The notes: generated by a model from the sequence alone, not told the origin. Positions 40,232 through 51,553 are shown, counted from the stretch's first letter. The stretch: 64,000 bases of DNA from Candidatus Saccharimonadales bacterium (GCA_041742395.1 JBGSIS010000005.1:18696-82695); one strand, 5' to 3'. Numbers and translations are program-made.

Positions 40232-41515
40232 ATGAGCCTATCAACACAGCCCTACAAGGGAGCAAGAGATTTTTATCCAGAAGATATGAGAATTCAGAAA
40301 TATATGTTCTCAAAACTAAGGAATTCTGTTGAAAAATACGGATATCAGGAATATAACGCGCCGATTATAGAACCATTAGAACTTTACTCAGCAAAGTCAG
40401 GGCAAGAAATTGTTAACGAGCAGACTTATCAGTTTGAAGATAGAGGGGGCAGACTCGTTGCGATTCGTCCTGAAATGACACCAACAGTTTCAAGAATGGT
40501 GGCTGCTAAACGTCAAGAATTAGCTTACCCCGCACGACTTTATTCAATTCCGAATTTATGGCGTTATGAAAGACCTCAAAGAGGAAGACTGAGGGAGCAT
40601 TGGCAATTAAATGTTGATATTTTTGGCGTAGATAATATTTCTGCAGAGTTGGAACTTATACAATTAGCTAGCGAACTTCTCATAGATTTAGGTTCTACAA
40701 GCGATATGTTTGAAATCCGTGTCAATAGTAGAAAATTAATTAACAAGATTATGATGAGTTACCTGAAGCTTGACGATCGTGTCTCCCATGATCTTATTAA
40801 GCTAATTGACAGAAAGAATAAACTTCCAATAGATAAATTTAAGAAAGAACTTAAAGATGTCGTAGGAAAAAAGTTTAAAGATGCTGATAGTTTATTGAAT
40901 ATCAATTTTATCAATGAACTACCAGAGTCGGTAATCGACTGTATTGCTGCAAGACAGATCGAAGACCTTATAAACTATCTCAAAAAACTTGGAATTAATA
41001 ACGTAGTTTTTGATATAAATCTTATGAGGGGATTTGATTACTATACAGATATTGTTTTTGAGGTTTTTGACACTAATCCTAAAAACAATAGATCTATGTT
41101 TGGCGGAGGAAGATACGATGGTTTGGTTGGCTTGTTTGGTGTTGAGCCCGTTGCTACTGCTGGCTTTGGAATGGGTGATGTTACGCTACGAAACTTTCTT
41201 GAAACAAATAACTTATTACCAAAGCTCAACCCTGAAACCGATATTATTATTGCAGACATTGGAAGTGAAGTTTTGAAAGTTAATGAGATTGCCTTCAAGC
41301 TAAGACTGAATGGTGTAAATGTTGCCTCAGATTTTACAGGTAGGAAGATTGACAAGATAATAAGATCAGCAGTTAAGCAAGGAGTCAGATACATTGTGTT
41401 TATTGGTCAAGAGGAGCTTCATTCTAAGAAGATAAGTCTTAAAGACTTAGAAACAGGAATTTCCGAGCAATTAACAATTGACCAAGCAGCAAACAGGATT
41501 AAAGATAGAAAATGA
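40232..41515 (+). CDS. hisS: Histidyl-tRNA synthetase
   Basis: Class II motifs and the HisRS anticodon-binding domain are present. Size is 427 aa. TATAAT at 40208-40213 and RBS GGGAG lie upstream. Confidence 0.95.
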   Translation: MSLSTQPYKGARDFYPEDMRIQKYMFSKLRNSVEKYGYQEYNAPIIEPLELYSAKSGQEIVNEQTYQFEDRGGRLVAIRPEMTPTVSRMVAAKRQELAYPARLYSIPNLWRYERPQRGRLREHWQLNVDIFGVDNISAELELIQLASELLIDLGSTSDMFEIRVNSRKLINKIMMSYLKLDDRVSHDLIKLIDRKNKLPIDKFKKELKDVVGKKFKDADSLLNINFINELPESVIDCIAARQIEDLINYLKKLGINNVVFDINLMRGFDYYTDIVFEVFDTNPKNNRSMFGGGRYDGLVGLFGVEPVATAGFGMGDVTLRNFLETNNLLPKLNPETDIIIADIGSEVLKVNEIAFKLRLNGVNVASDFTGRKIDKIIRSAVKQGVRYIVFIGQEELHSKKISLKDLETGISEQLTIDQAANRIKDRK

Positions 41516-41964
41516 CAGCATCAAACCACGTATTAACTGGAATGGTTATTGGGTCGGCTATTTCTAATCCACTTATTGCAATCCCTGTTGCATTTTTGAG
41601 TCACTTTGCAATTGATGCTTTACCTCACTTCGCAATTAAGAATCAGAAGGACAGTACATTCCTATATTATCTAAGCATCGACAGTGGTATTGCTGCCGGT
41701 CTAATATTGAGTGTTTTTTTGTTGCAACCAAGTAATTGGTTGCTTGTAATTGCTTCTGGAATCGCTTGTGCATCACCAGATTTGATGTGGATGCCAGATT
41801 GGTTAAGGACTATAAGTGAAAAAAAACAAAAGAAACCAGGATTAATAAAAAAATTTCACGCCAAAGTTCAATGGGCCGAAAGGTATGATAGGATAGGTCT
41901 TGTGATAGAAGTCATATGGTTTGGCTTTATGATGATGATTCTGATACGTAGTCTGTATCAATAA
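41512..41964 (+). CDS. Hypothetical membrane protein, possibly a DUF457/YdjM-like metal-dependent hydrolase
   Basis: 150 aa with multiple TM segments and the His-rich LSHFAIDALPHF. Its start overlaps the hisS stop (ATGA). Confidence 0.4.
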   Translation: MTASNHVLTGMVIGSAISNPLIAIPVAFLSHFAIDALPHFAIKNQKDSTFLYYLSIDSGIAAGLILSVFLLQPSNWLLVIASGIACASPDLMWMPDWLRTISEKKQKKPGLIKKFHAKVQWAERYDRIGLVIEVIWFGFMMMILIRSLYQ

Positions 41965-41992
41965 TTTATGGGTTGGAAATATAGCTTCCATC

Positions 41993-42001
41993 TGTTAGAG
42001 T
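41993..42001 (+). promoter_or_regulatory. Extended -10 (TGtTAGAGT) 8 nt upstream of the tig ATG; a candidate leaderless promoter
   Basis: TG at 41993-41994 and TAGAGT at 41996-42001. The ATG is at 42010 with no SD. Confidence 0.35.
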
Positions 42002-42009
42002 AGTTACTT

Positions 42010-43293
42010 ATGCAAGTAAAACACACTAACCCTAAAGACACTGAAGCAGTAATTACTATTGTTGCTTCAACAGTAGAATTACTAAAAATTAAAGAAAACG
42101 TACTTAAAAAGTTAGCTGAGAACGTCAAGATAACTGGATTTCGTCCAGGAAAAGCTCCACTTAATTTAGTCGAGAAACAAGTCGACGAAAATGTATTACA
42201 ATCGGAATTTCTTGATCAGGCAATTAATCAGATTTATCCGCAAGCTGTTAACTCTGAAAAATTACGTCCTGTAGGAAACCCGGAAATTTCTGTTAAAAAA
42301 TTTGTACCGTTTGATTCATTAGAATTTGAAGCAAAAGTTGAAATTGTAGGTAAGATAACTTTACCTGATTATAAGAAGCTTGATCTGCAAAAAGACAAAG
42401 TTTCAGTTACCGCTAAGGACGTCGATGAAGTACTCAAATCTCTACAGAAAAGAATGGGAGAGAAAAAAGACGTTGACCGAAAATCAAAACAAAATGACCA
42501 GGTTTGGATTGATTTTATCGGTAAAGACAAAGATGGAAAGCCAGTCAGTGGTGCTGACGGCAAAGACTACCCTTTAGTACTCGGAAGTAAAACTTTCATT
42601 CCAGGATTTGAAGAAAACCTAGAAGGACTAAAAGCAGGTGACGAAAAAACTTTTACTTTAACTTTCCCTAAGGATTATGGTGTTAAAGCACTTGCTAGTA
42701 AGAAAGTAACATTTACAGTTACTTTGAATAAAGTTCAAGAAGTAGTTGAGCCACAAATTGATGATGAGTTTGCTAAGAAATCTGGACCATTTAATGATTT
42801 AAAAACGCTGAAGGAAGATATTAAGAAGCAACTAACTTTTGAAAAAGAAAATCAAATCGAACGAGAGTATGAATCAAAAATAGTAGAAGAAATAACTGAG
42901 AAGTCAAAAGTAGCCATACCTAATACACTCATAGAAGAACAAAAAGAAATCATGCTAAGAGAATTCAAGCAAAACTTAGCTTATAGAGGACAGACATATA
43001 GCGAGTATCTTGAAATGCAGGGCTTTACAGAAGACGATTTGATCAAGAATGAAGTATTACCAGAAGCCCAGAAGAGAGTAAAGGCAAGTTTGGTCTTAAC
43101 AGAAATTTCTGAAATTGAAAATATTGATGTTAGTATGGAAGAAATCAATGACAGAAAGACTGCATTGAAGTCACAATATCAAGATCAAGCAATGCGAGAC
43201 GAGCTAGATAAGCCAGAAAATCTAAACAGTTTAGCTTCTAGGATTGTGACCGAAAAAACCCTAGCTAAGTTGAAGACGTATATTAAAAAGTAA
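42010..43293 (+). CDS. tig: Trigger factor
   Basis: The N-terminal ribosome-binding motif (GFRPGKAP), an FKBP-like PPIase domain and a C-terminal arm are present. Size is 427 aa. Confidence 0.9.
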   Translation: MQVKHTNPKDTEAVITIVASTVELLKIKENVLKKLAENVKITGFRPGKAPLNLVEKQVDENVLQSEFLDQAINQIYPQAVNSEKLRPVGNPEISVKKFVPFDSLEFEAKVEIVGKITLPDYKKLDLQKDKVSVTAKDVDEVLKSLQKRMGEKKDVDRKSKQNDQVWIDFIGKDKDGKPVSGADGKDYPLVLGSKTFIPGFEENLEGLKAGDEKTFTLTFPKDYGVKALASKKVTFTVTLNKVQEVVEPQIDDEFAKKSGPFNDLKTLKEDIKKQLTFEKENQIEREYESKIVEEITEKSKVAIPNTLIEEQKEIMLREFKQNLAYRGQTYSEYLEMQGFTEDDLIKNEVLPEAQKRVKASLVLTEISEIENIDVSMEEINDRKTALKSQYQDQAMRDELDKPENLNSLASRIVTEKTLAKLKTYIKK

Positions 43294-43297
43294 TAAT

Positions 43298-43324
43298 TTA
43301 GCACTCTTGACACTAGAGTGCTAA
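43298..43324 (+). promoter_or_regulatory. CIRCE element (HrcA operator) upstream of clpP
   Basis: A perfect match TTAGCACTC-N9-GAGTGCTAA, with N9 = TTGACACTA. Confidence 0.75.
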
Positions 43325-43336
43325 ATAGACTACTAT
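43307..43336 (+). promoter_or_regulatory. Sigma70-like clpP promoter overlapping the CIRCE (-35 TTGACA in the CIRCE spacer, 18 nt, -10 TACTAT)
   Basis: TTGACA at 43307-43312 and TACTAT at 43331-43336. SD AAGGA precedes the ATG at 43361. Confidence 0.5.
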
Positions 43337-43360
43337 ATATTCATAATTAAGGATGTATTT

Positions 43361-43957
43361 ATGAATAAACCACAAAATTCAGTATTAGTTCCAACCGTTA
43401 TAGAAACCGATGGAAGAATGGAGCGTGCATTTGACATCTATTCTCGGCTGCTTAAAGATAGGATTATATTTTTAGGTTCAGATGTTAATGAACACACCGC
43501 AAACTTAGTAGTGGCTCAATTATTATTTCTAGATAATGAAGACTCTAAGAAAGACATATATTTCTATATAAATAGTCCTGGTGGTAGTGTTTATGACGCT
43601 CTAGCGATTTACGACACAATGCAATACGTAAAAAGCGACATTCAAACTGTAGGAATTGGCGTGCAAGCTTCGGCAGCGGCTTTCTTGCTAAGTAGTGGAA
43701 CTGTAGGTAAACGAATGATATTACCAAACGCTACTGTAATGATTCATCAGCCTTCTTCCGGAACAAGAGGAAAAGTCACTGATATGGAAATAGACCTAAA
43801 AGAGTCAATTCGAATAAAGCACCGCTTAAACGAAATTATGGCAGAAAATACAGGGCAGACAGTAAAACGCATAAATGAAGATATGGAGCGTGATTATTGG
43901 ATGACTGCAGATGAAGCAAAGAAGTACGGTGTAGTAGACAAAGTAATCAAGAAATAA
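43361..43957 (+). CDS. clpP: ATP-dependent Clp protease proteolytic subunit
   Basis: The ClpP region around the catalytic residues (Ser in [11 protein letters not shown], His in MIHQPSSG, Asp) is present. Size is 198 aa. Confidence 0.95.
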   Translation: MNKPQNSVLVPTVIETDGRMERAFDIYSRLLKDRIIFLGSDVNEHTANLVVAQLLFLDNEDSKKDIYFYINSPGGSVYDALAIYDTMQYVKSDIQTVGIGVQASAAAFLLSSGTVGKRMILPNATVMIHQPSSGTRGKVTDMEIDLKESIRIKHRLNEIMAENTGQTVKRINEDMERDYWMTADEAKKYGVVDKVIKK

Positions 43958-44138
43958 AAAACTTGACAGTATAAGTTTGATACTTCACACTACTACGATA
44001 AGAAGTAGTGTACATTCGGGCTGTGCTAGTTAGTGCGCAAATCTAGCACCAAAAACGTTCGTGTAGTGGTCTTCGGATTTTCAAACAACTAAATTTATAA
44101 ATATTAATCGCTAATTTATAGTGGGAGTAGAGTTGTCT

Positions 44139-47100
44139 ATGGCAAAAAGCATTGCGAAAGCAAGTACTTTAAAAAAATCTAAAAGAAAATATTTTTCTGA
44201 AAATAATCAGTTAATTGATCTACCGAATTTGGTTGATCATCAAAACAAATCTTTTCAGTGGTTCGTTGATGAAGGTTTAGGAGAGCTTTTGGCTGAAATC
44301 AGTCCAATCGACGACTATACATCAACCAAATTATCATTAAGATTTAAAGATTATAAATTTGAAAATCCCAAAATCACAGAAGATGAAGCTAGAGAAAATA
44401 ACGTAAGTTATGAAGCACCATTAAAGGCAGTTGTTGAACTTACCAATAAAGTAACTGGAGAAGTTAAAGACCAAGAAATCTACCTTGGTGATTACCCATG
44501 GATGACAAACCGTGGAACTTTTGTAATTAACGGTGCCGAGAGAGTTGTTGTATCCCAGTTGATTCGTTCAGCAGGTGTTTTCTTTACGTCAGAAATACAA
44601 GGAACAAAGAAAGCGTATGGAGCAAAAGTAATTCCTGGAAGGGGTGCTTGGCTTGAATTCGAAACTGCCACTTCAGGAGCTATGTTTGTTAAAATCGATC
44701 GTAAAAGAAAGATAGCAGTTACAACTTTACTTAAGGCTCTTGGAATGACTGAATCTCAAATCAAAGAAGCTTTTAAGCATGTTAACCAGGGTGCGGTAAA
44801 TTATATAGAATCTACCTTAGATAAAGACCCCAGCAAAGGTACAAACGAGGCATTAATCGAAGTTTATAGAAGATTACGACCAGGTGACTTAGCTACCGTA
44901 GATAATGCCAGAAGCTTAATTGAGAACATGTTCTATAACTACAAGCGTTTTGACTTTAGTCGGGTTGGTCGCTATAAAATTAATAAGCGTCTTGACTTGG
45001 ATATACCTAACACTATCGATAACCGTGTAATGCGACTAGAAGACCTGAAAGCTATTGTTGCTGAGATTATACGACTAAATAATACTCAAGAGCCGGCTGA
45101 CGACATAGATTCTTTAGCTAATCGAAGAGTTAAATTGGTTGGTGAACTCGTACAAAGACAATTCAGGATTGGTCTACTAAGAATGGAAAGAAATACCAAA
45201 GACCGAATGAGCATGTGCGAAATAGAAACTGTAACTCCAGCACAATTAATTAATGCTAGACCTATAGTTGCAGCTGTTCGGGAATTTTTTGCTAGCTCAC
45301 AACTTTCTCAATTCATGGATCAGATTAATCCACTTAGTGAATTAGCTCATAAAAGAAGACTTAGTTCTATGGGTCCTGGCGGGTTGAGCCGAGAAAGAGC
45401 AGGTTTCGAAGTTCGTGATGCTCACGCTACTCACTACGGTAGAATTTGTGCTGTTGAGACACCAGAGGGTGCAAACATTGGACTAGTTCTAAACCTAGCA
45501 AGCTACGCCACAATTAATGATTATGGGTTCGTAGAAACTCCATATAGAAAAGTTATCAACGCCGTGACCTCTAAAGAGGCAGTTGGACATATAGCATCAG
45601 TTAATCTTGAAGACGAGAATGGTAAGGTAATTGTAAAAGCAGGATCAAAAATATCATCAGATGATGCAAAAAAACTCGCTGCAGTTAAAGCTCAAAAAAC
45701 ATGGCCTGTTCGAGCAAAAGTAACAAATGATGTAATTTACCTTGATGCGTCAGAAGAAGAGTCGGCCGTTATTGCAAGCGCAAGCGAAAAGTATGACAAA
45801 GATGGTTATTTTGAAAGCGAACGTGTTTCAGCTAGAAGTTATCTTAAAGCCGGTGAGGTAGATTCTGATGACGTTACTCATATAGATGCATCTAATAAAC
45901 AAATTATTGGATCTAGTGCTGGACTTATCCCGTTTATTGAAAAAAACTATGTTTATCGATCACTTATGGGAAGCAACCAGCAGAGACAAGCTGTACCTCT
46001 TATTAACCCGCGTTCGCCAATTGTCGGTACCGGTTTAGAAGAAGTAGTTGCTAGAAATAGTGGACAACTTGTTGTTGCTGAAGATGATGGAGAAGTAACT
46101 AAAGCTACTGGAGACGAGGTTGTAGTCAAGTATAAAACAGGTTCAGTAAGCTATAAGCCACAGCATTTCATTAGAAGTAACGAGGGAAGTTCAATTAACC
46201 AGAAAGTTGTTGTTGAATCTGGCGATAAAGTAAAGTCTGGCGATCCAATTATTGAAGGTATGTCTGTATCTGATGGCGAACTAGCTCTTGGAAGGGATCT
46301 TCGTGTGGCATTCATGCCATGGGCCGGATATAACTTTGAGGATGCGATAATCGTTTCTCGCAAACTTGTTGAAGATGATGATCTTACGTCTGTTCATATT
46401 GTTGATTTTATGGTTGAAGTTCGTGAAACAAAACTAGGTCCAGAAATTGTAACTCGTGACATACCTAATGTTTCAGAAGATGCCCTTAGACATCTAGATG
46501 AAGAAGGCATTGTTACAATTGGCGCAGAAGTTCATCCAGGTGATATTCTTGTAGGTAAAATTACTCCTAAAGGAGAGCAGGAACTAAGCAGCGAAGAGCG
46601 TCTACTAAGAGCAATATTTGGTGAAAAGGCAAAAGAAGTTAGAGATACTTCTCAACGTATGCCTAATGGTAAGCACGGTAAAGTTGTTGGAGTAAAAATA
46701 TTTTCTAAAGAAAATGGACATGATCTTAAAGCTGGTGTAATTATGCAGATTCAAGTATTCGTTGCACAAATGAGAAAGATTTCTGTTGGCGACAAACTTG
46801 GTGGCCGTCACGGTAATAAGGGTGTCATTGCTAGAGTACTTCCTATTGAAGACATGCCATTTACAGAAGACGGTGAACCAGTCGACATTATCCTTAACCC
46901 TCTAGGTGTGCCTAGTCGTATGAATATCGGGCAGCTTTTTGAAACTCATCTTGGTATGGCTGCTCACATGCTTGGCATGAAAGTTGCCAGCCCATCTTTT
47001 GACGGAGTCGAGATTAAGAAAATCCAAGAACTACTTAAAGAAGCTGGTTTACCAGAAGATGGAAAACAACAATTGTTTGACGGTAGAACTGGTGAGCCAT

Positions 47101-47729
47101 TCTCAGAACGAACAACAGTTGGTGCCATGTATATGATTAAGCTTAACCATATGATTGCTGATAAAATTCATGCTCGTTCTACTGGTCCTTACACAATGGT
47201 CACCCAACAGCCTCTCGGTGGAAAAGCTCAGAACGGTGGTCAGAGATTTGGAGAGATGGAAGTTTGGGCTCTAGAAGCATACGGGGCAGCAAACACTCTT
47301 CAGGAAATGCTTACTATCAAGTCAGATGATGTTTATGGTAGGTCAAAAGCATACGAGTCAATTATCAAACAAACAGAAATTGTTGGACCTAAAGTACCAG
47401 AAAGCTTTAATGTTTTAGTTAAAGAGTTACAAGGACTTGGCTTAAAGGTTGATTTGGTCTCAAACGATCAAGTTATAGATGCAGAAGAAGTACTAGCAGA
47501 AAACATTAAGGATGAAGCTGCACACCTTTCAGACGTTGCAGTACCAGCTCCGTTAGCTTCGGAAGTTGATGTAACCGAGGATGCAGTATTAGGTGAGTTT
47601 GATGTTATCGATCTAAGCGATACGAACACACAGGTTTCAACTATTGATGAGCAAGAAATTGCCGAGATGGTGGCCGAAGAAGATATAACAGTTGCAATTG
47701 ATGAACAGGAAGGAAAGGAGATAGCTTAA
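44139..47729 (+). CDS. rpoB: DNA-directed RNA polymerase beta subunit
   Basis: All conserved RpoB regions are present (rifampicin cluster region, GDKLGGRHGNKGV). I chose the ATG at 44139 with GGGAG upstream; the ORF track starts at GTG 44121. Confidence 0.95.
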   Translation: MAKSIAKASTLKKSKRKYFSENNQLIDLPNLVDHQNKSFQWFVDEGLGELLAEISPIDDYTSTKLSLRFKDYKFENPKITEDEARENNVSYEAPLKAVVELTNKVTGEVKDQEIYLGDYPWMTNRGTFVINGAERVVVSQLIRSAGVFFTSEIQGTKKAYGAKVIPGRGAWLEFETATSGAMFVKIDRKRKIAVTTLLKALGMTESQIKEAFKHVNQGAVNYIESTLDKDPSKGTNEALIEVYRRLRPGDLATVDNARSLIENMFYNYKRFDFSRVGRYKINKRLDLDIPNTIDNRVMRLEDLKAIVAEIIRLNNTQEPADDIDSLANRRVKLVGELVQRQFRIGLLRMERNTKDRMSMCEIETVTPAQLINARPIVAAVREFFASSQLSQFMDQINPLSELAHKRRLSSMGPGGLSRERAGFEVRDAHATHYGRICAVETPEGANIGLVLNLASYATINDYGFVETPYRKVINAVTSKEAVGHIASVNLEDENGKVIVKAGSKISSDDAKKLAAVKAQKTWPVRAKVTNDVIYLDASEEESAVIASASEKYDKDGYFESERVSARSYLKAGEVDSDDVTHIDASNKQIIGSSAGLIPFIEKNYVYRSLMGSNQQRQAVPLINPRSPIVGTGLEEVVARNSGQLVVAEDDGEVTKATGDEVVVKYKTGSVSYKPQHFIRSNEGSSINQKVVVESGDKVKSGDPIIEGMSVSDGELALGRDLRVAFMPWAGYNFEDAIIVSRKLVEDDDLTSVHIVDFMVEVRETKLGPEIVTRDIPNVSEDALRHLDEEGIVTIGAEVHPGDILVGKITPKGEQELSSEERLLRAIFGEKAKEVRDTSQRMPNGKHGKVVGVKIFSKENGHDLKAGVIMQIQVFVAQMRKISVGDKLGGRHGNKGVIARVLPIEDMPFTEDGEPVDIILNPLGVPSRMNIGQLFETHLGMAAHMLGMKVASPSFDGVEIKKIQELLKEAGLPEDGKQQLFDGRTGEPFSERTTVGAMYMIKLNHMIADKIHARSTGPYTMVTQQPLGGKAQNGGQRFGEMEVWALEAYGAANTLQEMLTIKSDDVYGRSKAYESIIKQTEIVGPKVPESFNVLVKELQGLGLKVDLVSNDQVIDAEEVLAENIKDEAAHLSDVAVPAPLASEVDVTEDAVLGEFDVIDLSDTNTQVSTIDEQEIAEMVAEEDITVAIDEQEGKEIA

Positions 47730-50700
47730 TGAGACTATATTCACAAGGAACCGATATTGCCGACTTCGATGCTGTTAGATTAGCCGTAGCAAGTGCAGAT
47801 GACATAATGGACTGGAGTTATGGTGAAGTCACCAAGCCAGAAACCATTAACTATCGAACACAAAAACCAGAAAGAGATGGATTATTTTGTGAGAGAATTT
47901 TTGGCCCAGTTAAAGACATAAACCCTCACGATGCAAAGTATAAGGGAGTTCGATCTCGAGAAGCTGCTGTAGATAAGAATGGTGAATTAGTTACAAAATC
48001 TATTGTTAGACGAGAAAGAATGGCTCATATTACTCTTGCCACTCCAGTTGCACATATATGGTTCTTGAGAGGAACTCCTTCGGCGGTTGGCCTACTATTA
48101 GGTATGACAGTAAAAAGTCTTGAAAGAGTTGCTTATTTCGCTAGCTACATTGTCAAGAGTGTTGATACTGAAAAACGTAATCAGCTCTTCACTGATAAAG
48201 AAGCAGAATATAACGCTGCTCAGGAAGCAATAAAAGCACGATACGAAGCTGAAGCTAAGAACGAAGATGCTAACGTAAAGGCTCTAGCAGAAATGCAAAC
48301 AAAAGAACTTAGTGATATAGCTGAGCAATTTGAAGAATATAAAGCTCAGGTAGATTCATTAGTTAAGCTAAATCTGATTACCGAATCAGAATATCGAAAC
48401 CTTCCAGATGATTTACGTTCCATAGTTGAAGTTGGTATGGGCGGCTCTTCAATTAAAGAGCTACTTGATGGAATAGATCTTGACAAGCTCATAGAAGATT
48501 TAACAGCTGAATCAGAAGAAGTAAAAGGTCAAAGAAAGAAAAAAATTACTAAACGACTTCGACTCCTAGAAAGCATGCAAAGAGCTGGAATTAAACCTAG
48601 TAGCATGTGTCTCTCGGTATTGCCTGTAATCCCTCCAGATCTAAGACCAATGGTTCAGCTAACCGGTGGTAGGTTTGCAACTTCTGACCTAAACGATCTA
48701 TACAGACGCGTAATAAATAGAAATAATCGACTTAAGAAATTAATCGAATTAAACGCCCCGGAAGTAATTCGACGAAACGAACAAAGAATGCTTCAGGAAG
48801 CTGTCGATGCCTTGATTGATAACAATAGTGCAAGATCCGGAAGAGCTGTTGCTGCAACTGGCCAAAGACGAAGACTTAAAAGTCTTAGCGATATGCTAAA
48901 AGGTAAACAAGGTAGATTCCGACAAAACCTTTTGGGTAAGAGAGTCGACTATTCAGGTAGATCAGTAATTGTTGCTGGTCCAGACCTAAAGATTAGTCAA
49001 TGTGGTCTACCTAAAATGATGGCTTTAGAGTTATTTAAACCTTTTGTAATAGGAATACTAATTGCCAATGACTATGCGCACAATATCCGTTCAGCTACAA
49101 GAATGATTGAGACTGGCGAGACAGTTGTTTGGGATGCTCTAGACGATGCTATAAAAGACAAGTACGTACTTCTTAACCGTGCACCTAGCTTGCACCGTTT
49201 AAGTATTCAATCATTTCAACCTGTTTTGATTGAAGGCAAGGCAATTCAACTTCATCCATTAGTATGTAAGGGATTCAATGCTGACTTTGACGGAGATCAG
49301 ATGGCTGTTCACTTGCCACTTTCAGATAAAGCACAACAAGAAGCAAGAGAAATCATGGCAAGTAACAAGAACTTACTTAAACCGGCTGATGGCTCACCGA
49401 TTCTTCATATTGAACAAGATATTGTTCTAGGTTGTTACTATCTTACCTATGATAGAAATGATGTTCCTAAAGAAGTTACATCATTTTCTGGTGTCGACGA
49501 AGCATTAATGGCTCTAGATGCAAACGAAATAATACTACAAACAAAAGTAAGAATTCCGTTTAGGAATGAAATACGTGAAACTACCCTTGGTAGAATTCTG
49601 TTCAATGAAATCTTCCCAGAAGACTTTCCTTTCCAAGATGAAGCAATGACTAAGAAGCGACTAAACGCTGTACTAGCTTTAGCATATCAACTTTACGGTC
49701 AGGACGTTACGGCTGATCTAGCAGACAACTTGAAAGACCTTGGATTTAAGTATGCAACCAAATCAGGCCTATCAATGGGCATGGATGACTTTAGTGACTT
49801 TAAACAGTTGAATGACATTCTTAAGAATGGTGAGAAATCTGCAGCAGAAATCAGTGATCAATTTGATCAAGGATTTATTACAGATGAGGAAAGACACCGC
49901 TTAACAGTAGAAAACTGGATGAAGACTGACTCTAAAGTACTAGAAGATTTGTCAGAGCAGTTCTCGAGAGAAAATACCACAATGGCTATAGCAGTTACTT
50001 CTGGAGCAAGAGGTAACATTGGACAGATGAAGCAGTCAGTAGGTATGCTTGGTGTAACTACTGATGCTACAGGTCGAGCAATCGAACTACCAATTCGTTC
50101 TAACTATAAGAGCGGTCTTAATCCTCTAGAATATTTTACGGCAACACGTGGAGCACGAAAAGGTATGATTGATACAGCTCTTAAAACAGCTGACTCAGGA
50201 TATTTGACAAGAAGACTAGTTGATGTGAGTCAGGATGTATTTACTATTGATGACGACAGCGAAGACCCAGGGTTCCCTGTCTTCAGGTCGGATTCTGAGG
50301 AGATTGGTGTTTCTTATGCTTCTAGGTTAGTAGGAAGATATACCGCAGCTAAAGTTGGTAAATACATCAAGTCCAGAGAATTAATCGACCACAAAGTTGC
50401 TGAAGCGATAGATAAAGATAGCTCAGTTGATGGTGTAAGAATAATGAGTGCTTTGAGTTGTGCAAATGTCAGGGGTGTATCCACGAAATCTTATGGAGTA
50501 GATCCTGCAACCGGACAAGTTGTTGCAGAATATCATCCAATCGGAGTAATTGCCGCACAAAGTATAGGTGAGCCGGGAACACAGCTTACTCTTAGAACTT
50601 TCCATAGTGGTGGTTCCGCTGTAGCAGATGATATCACACAGGGTCTTCCTCGTGTTGAAGAGCTATTCGAGGTCAGAACTCCTAAGGGTCAAGCATTTCT

Positions 50701-51553
50701 ATCGGATATAGAGGGTGTGGTTTCCACTTGGGAAGAAAGTGATCACTATGTTGTTCAAGTTAGTATCGAAGGTGAATCAAAAGTAAAATTAGCAATTGGC
50801 GACAGAAAAGTTCACGTTGCTAATGGTAGTGATGTAGCTATCGGTGATGTACTAGCTTCGGGAGAAAAAGGAGATAATCCACTAATTTCACCTGTAGCTG
50901 GCAAAGCTGAAGTAACTAAAAAGAATATTGCTATTGCTCCTGCTGGAAAAAGCGAAGTAAGATACGAAATACCAGGATACAAACAGATCCTAGTTAAAGA
51001 AGGTGAAAAAGTAGTTCCAGGACAAAGACTTACAAACGGTTCTATCAATTTGCATGAGCTGATGTTGTTGCAAGGAGTTGAAGCTACACAACGGTATATA
51101 ATGAATGAAATTCTTAGAATATTTGCATCACAAGGACAGAATATTGCTGACAAGCATCTTGAAATTATCGTTAGACAAATGTTTAGTCGAGTTCAAGTTG
51201 AGGAAGCTGGCGATACGGAGTTTGTTACGGGTGACATCGTTAGTAAATTAGCTGTAGTTGAAGCTAACGAAAAACTAACTAATGAAGGTAAAGAACCTGC
51301 TAAATATACTCAGTTACTTCTTGGTATTACTAAGGCAAGCTTATCTACTGATTCATTCTTAAGTGCAGCTAGCTTCCAAGATACTACTAGAGTACTTATT
51401 GCTGCTGCGACCAGTGGAAAAGTTGACAACCTGTATGGACTTAAAGAGAATGTTATTCTTGGAAGAAGAATCCCAGTAGGAACCGGCAGGAGAGACGTAA
51501 GCGAAGTAATTCAGGAAGAATTTGTCGAAGCAGAAGAAGAAGTTTTAGTATAA
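47729..51553 (+). CDS. rpoC: DNA-directed RNA polymerase beta' subunit
   Basis: [12 protein letters not shown], the zinc-binding N-terminus and the trigger loop are present. Its ATG overlaps the rpoB stop (TAATG). Size is 1274 aa. Confidence 0.95.
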   Translation: MRLYSQGTDIADFDAVRLAVASADDIMDWSYGEVTKPETINYRTQKPERDGLFCERIFGPVKDINPHDAKYKGVRSREAAVDKNGELVTKSIVRRERMAHITLATPVAHIWFLRGTPSAVGLLLGMTVKSLERVAYFASYIVKSVDTEKRNQLFTDKEAEYNAAQEAIKARYEAEAKNEDANVKALAEMQTKELSDIAEQFEEYKAQVDSLVKLNLITESEYRNLPDDLRSIVEVGMGGSSIKELLDGIDLDKLIEDLTAESEEVKGQRKKKITKRLRLLESMQRAGIKPSSMCLSVLPVIPPDLRPMVQLTGGRFATSDLNDLYRRVINRNNRLKKLIELNAPEVIRRNEQRMLQEAVDALIDNNSARSGRAVAATGQRRRLKSLSDMLKGKQGRFRQNLLGKRVDYSGRSVIVAGPDLKISQCGLPKMMALELFKPFVIGILIANDYAHNIRSATRMIETGETVVWDALDDAIKDKYVLLNRAPSLHRLSIQSFQPVLIEGKAIQLHPLVCKGFNADFDGDQMAVHLPLSDKAQQEAREIMASNKNLLKPADGSPILHIEQDIVLGCYYLTYDRNDVPKEVTSFSGVDEALMALDANEIILQTKVRIPFRNEIRETTLGRILFNEIFPEDFPFQDEAMTKKRLNAVLALAYQLYGQDVTADLADNLKDLGFKYATKSGLSMGMDDFSDFKQLNDILKNGEKSAAEISDQFDQGFITDEERHRLTVENWMKTDSKVLEDLSEQFSRENTTMAIAVTSGARGNIGQMKQSVGMLGVTTDATGRAIELPIRSNYKSGLNPLEYFTATRGARKGMIDTALKTADSGYLTRRLVDVSQDVFTIDDDSEDPGFPVFRSDSEEIGVSYASRLVGRYTAAKVGKYIKSRELIDHKVAEAIDKDSSVDGVRIMSALSCANVRGVSTKSYGVDPATGQVVAEYHPIGVIAAQSIGEPGTQLTLRTFHSGGSAVADDITQGLPRVEELFEVRTPKGQAFLSDIEGVVSTWEESDHYVVQVSIEGESKVKLAIGDRKVHVANGSDVAIGDVLASGEKGDNPLISPVAGKAEVTKKNIAIAPAGKSEVRYEIPGYKQILVKEGEKVVPGQRLTNGSINLHELMLLQGVEATQRYIMNEILRIFASQGQNIADKHLEIIVRQMFSRVQVEEAGDTEFVTGDIVSKLAVVEANEKLTNEGKEPAKYTQLLLGITKASLSTDSFLSAASFQDTTRVLIAAATSGKVDNLYGLKENVILGRRIPVGTGRRDVSEVIQEEFVEAEEEVLV

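Noticed and set aside
43963-43968. TTGACA immediately after the clpP stop as an rpoB promoter
   Set aside because: No acceptable -10 lies at 16-18 nt (CACACT or TCACAC). It is likely coincidental.
44023-44049. GTGCTAG-N13-CTAGCAC in the rpoB leader as a third CIRCE
   Set aside because: It shares only the TAGCAC core, and the arms are in everted order with the wrong spacing relative to TTAGCACTC-N9-GAGTGCTAA. I treat it as an RNA hairpin only.
46151-46811. Antisense and out-of-frame small ORFs inside rpoB, rpoC, dnaE and other large genes (e.g. 46151..46363, 46605..46811, 50812..51153, 13540..13961)
   Set aside because: These are shadow ORFs within well-supported conserved genes.
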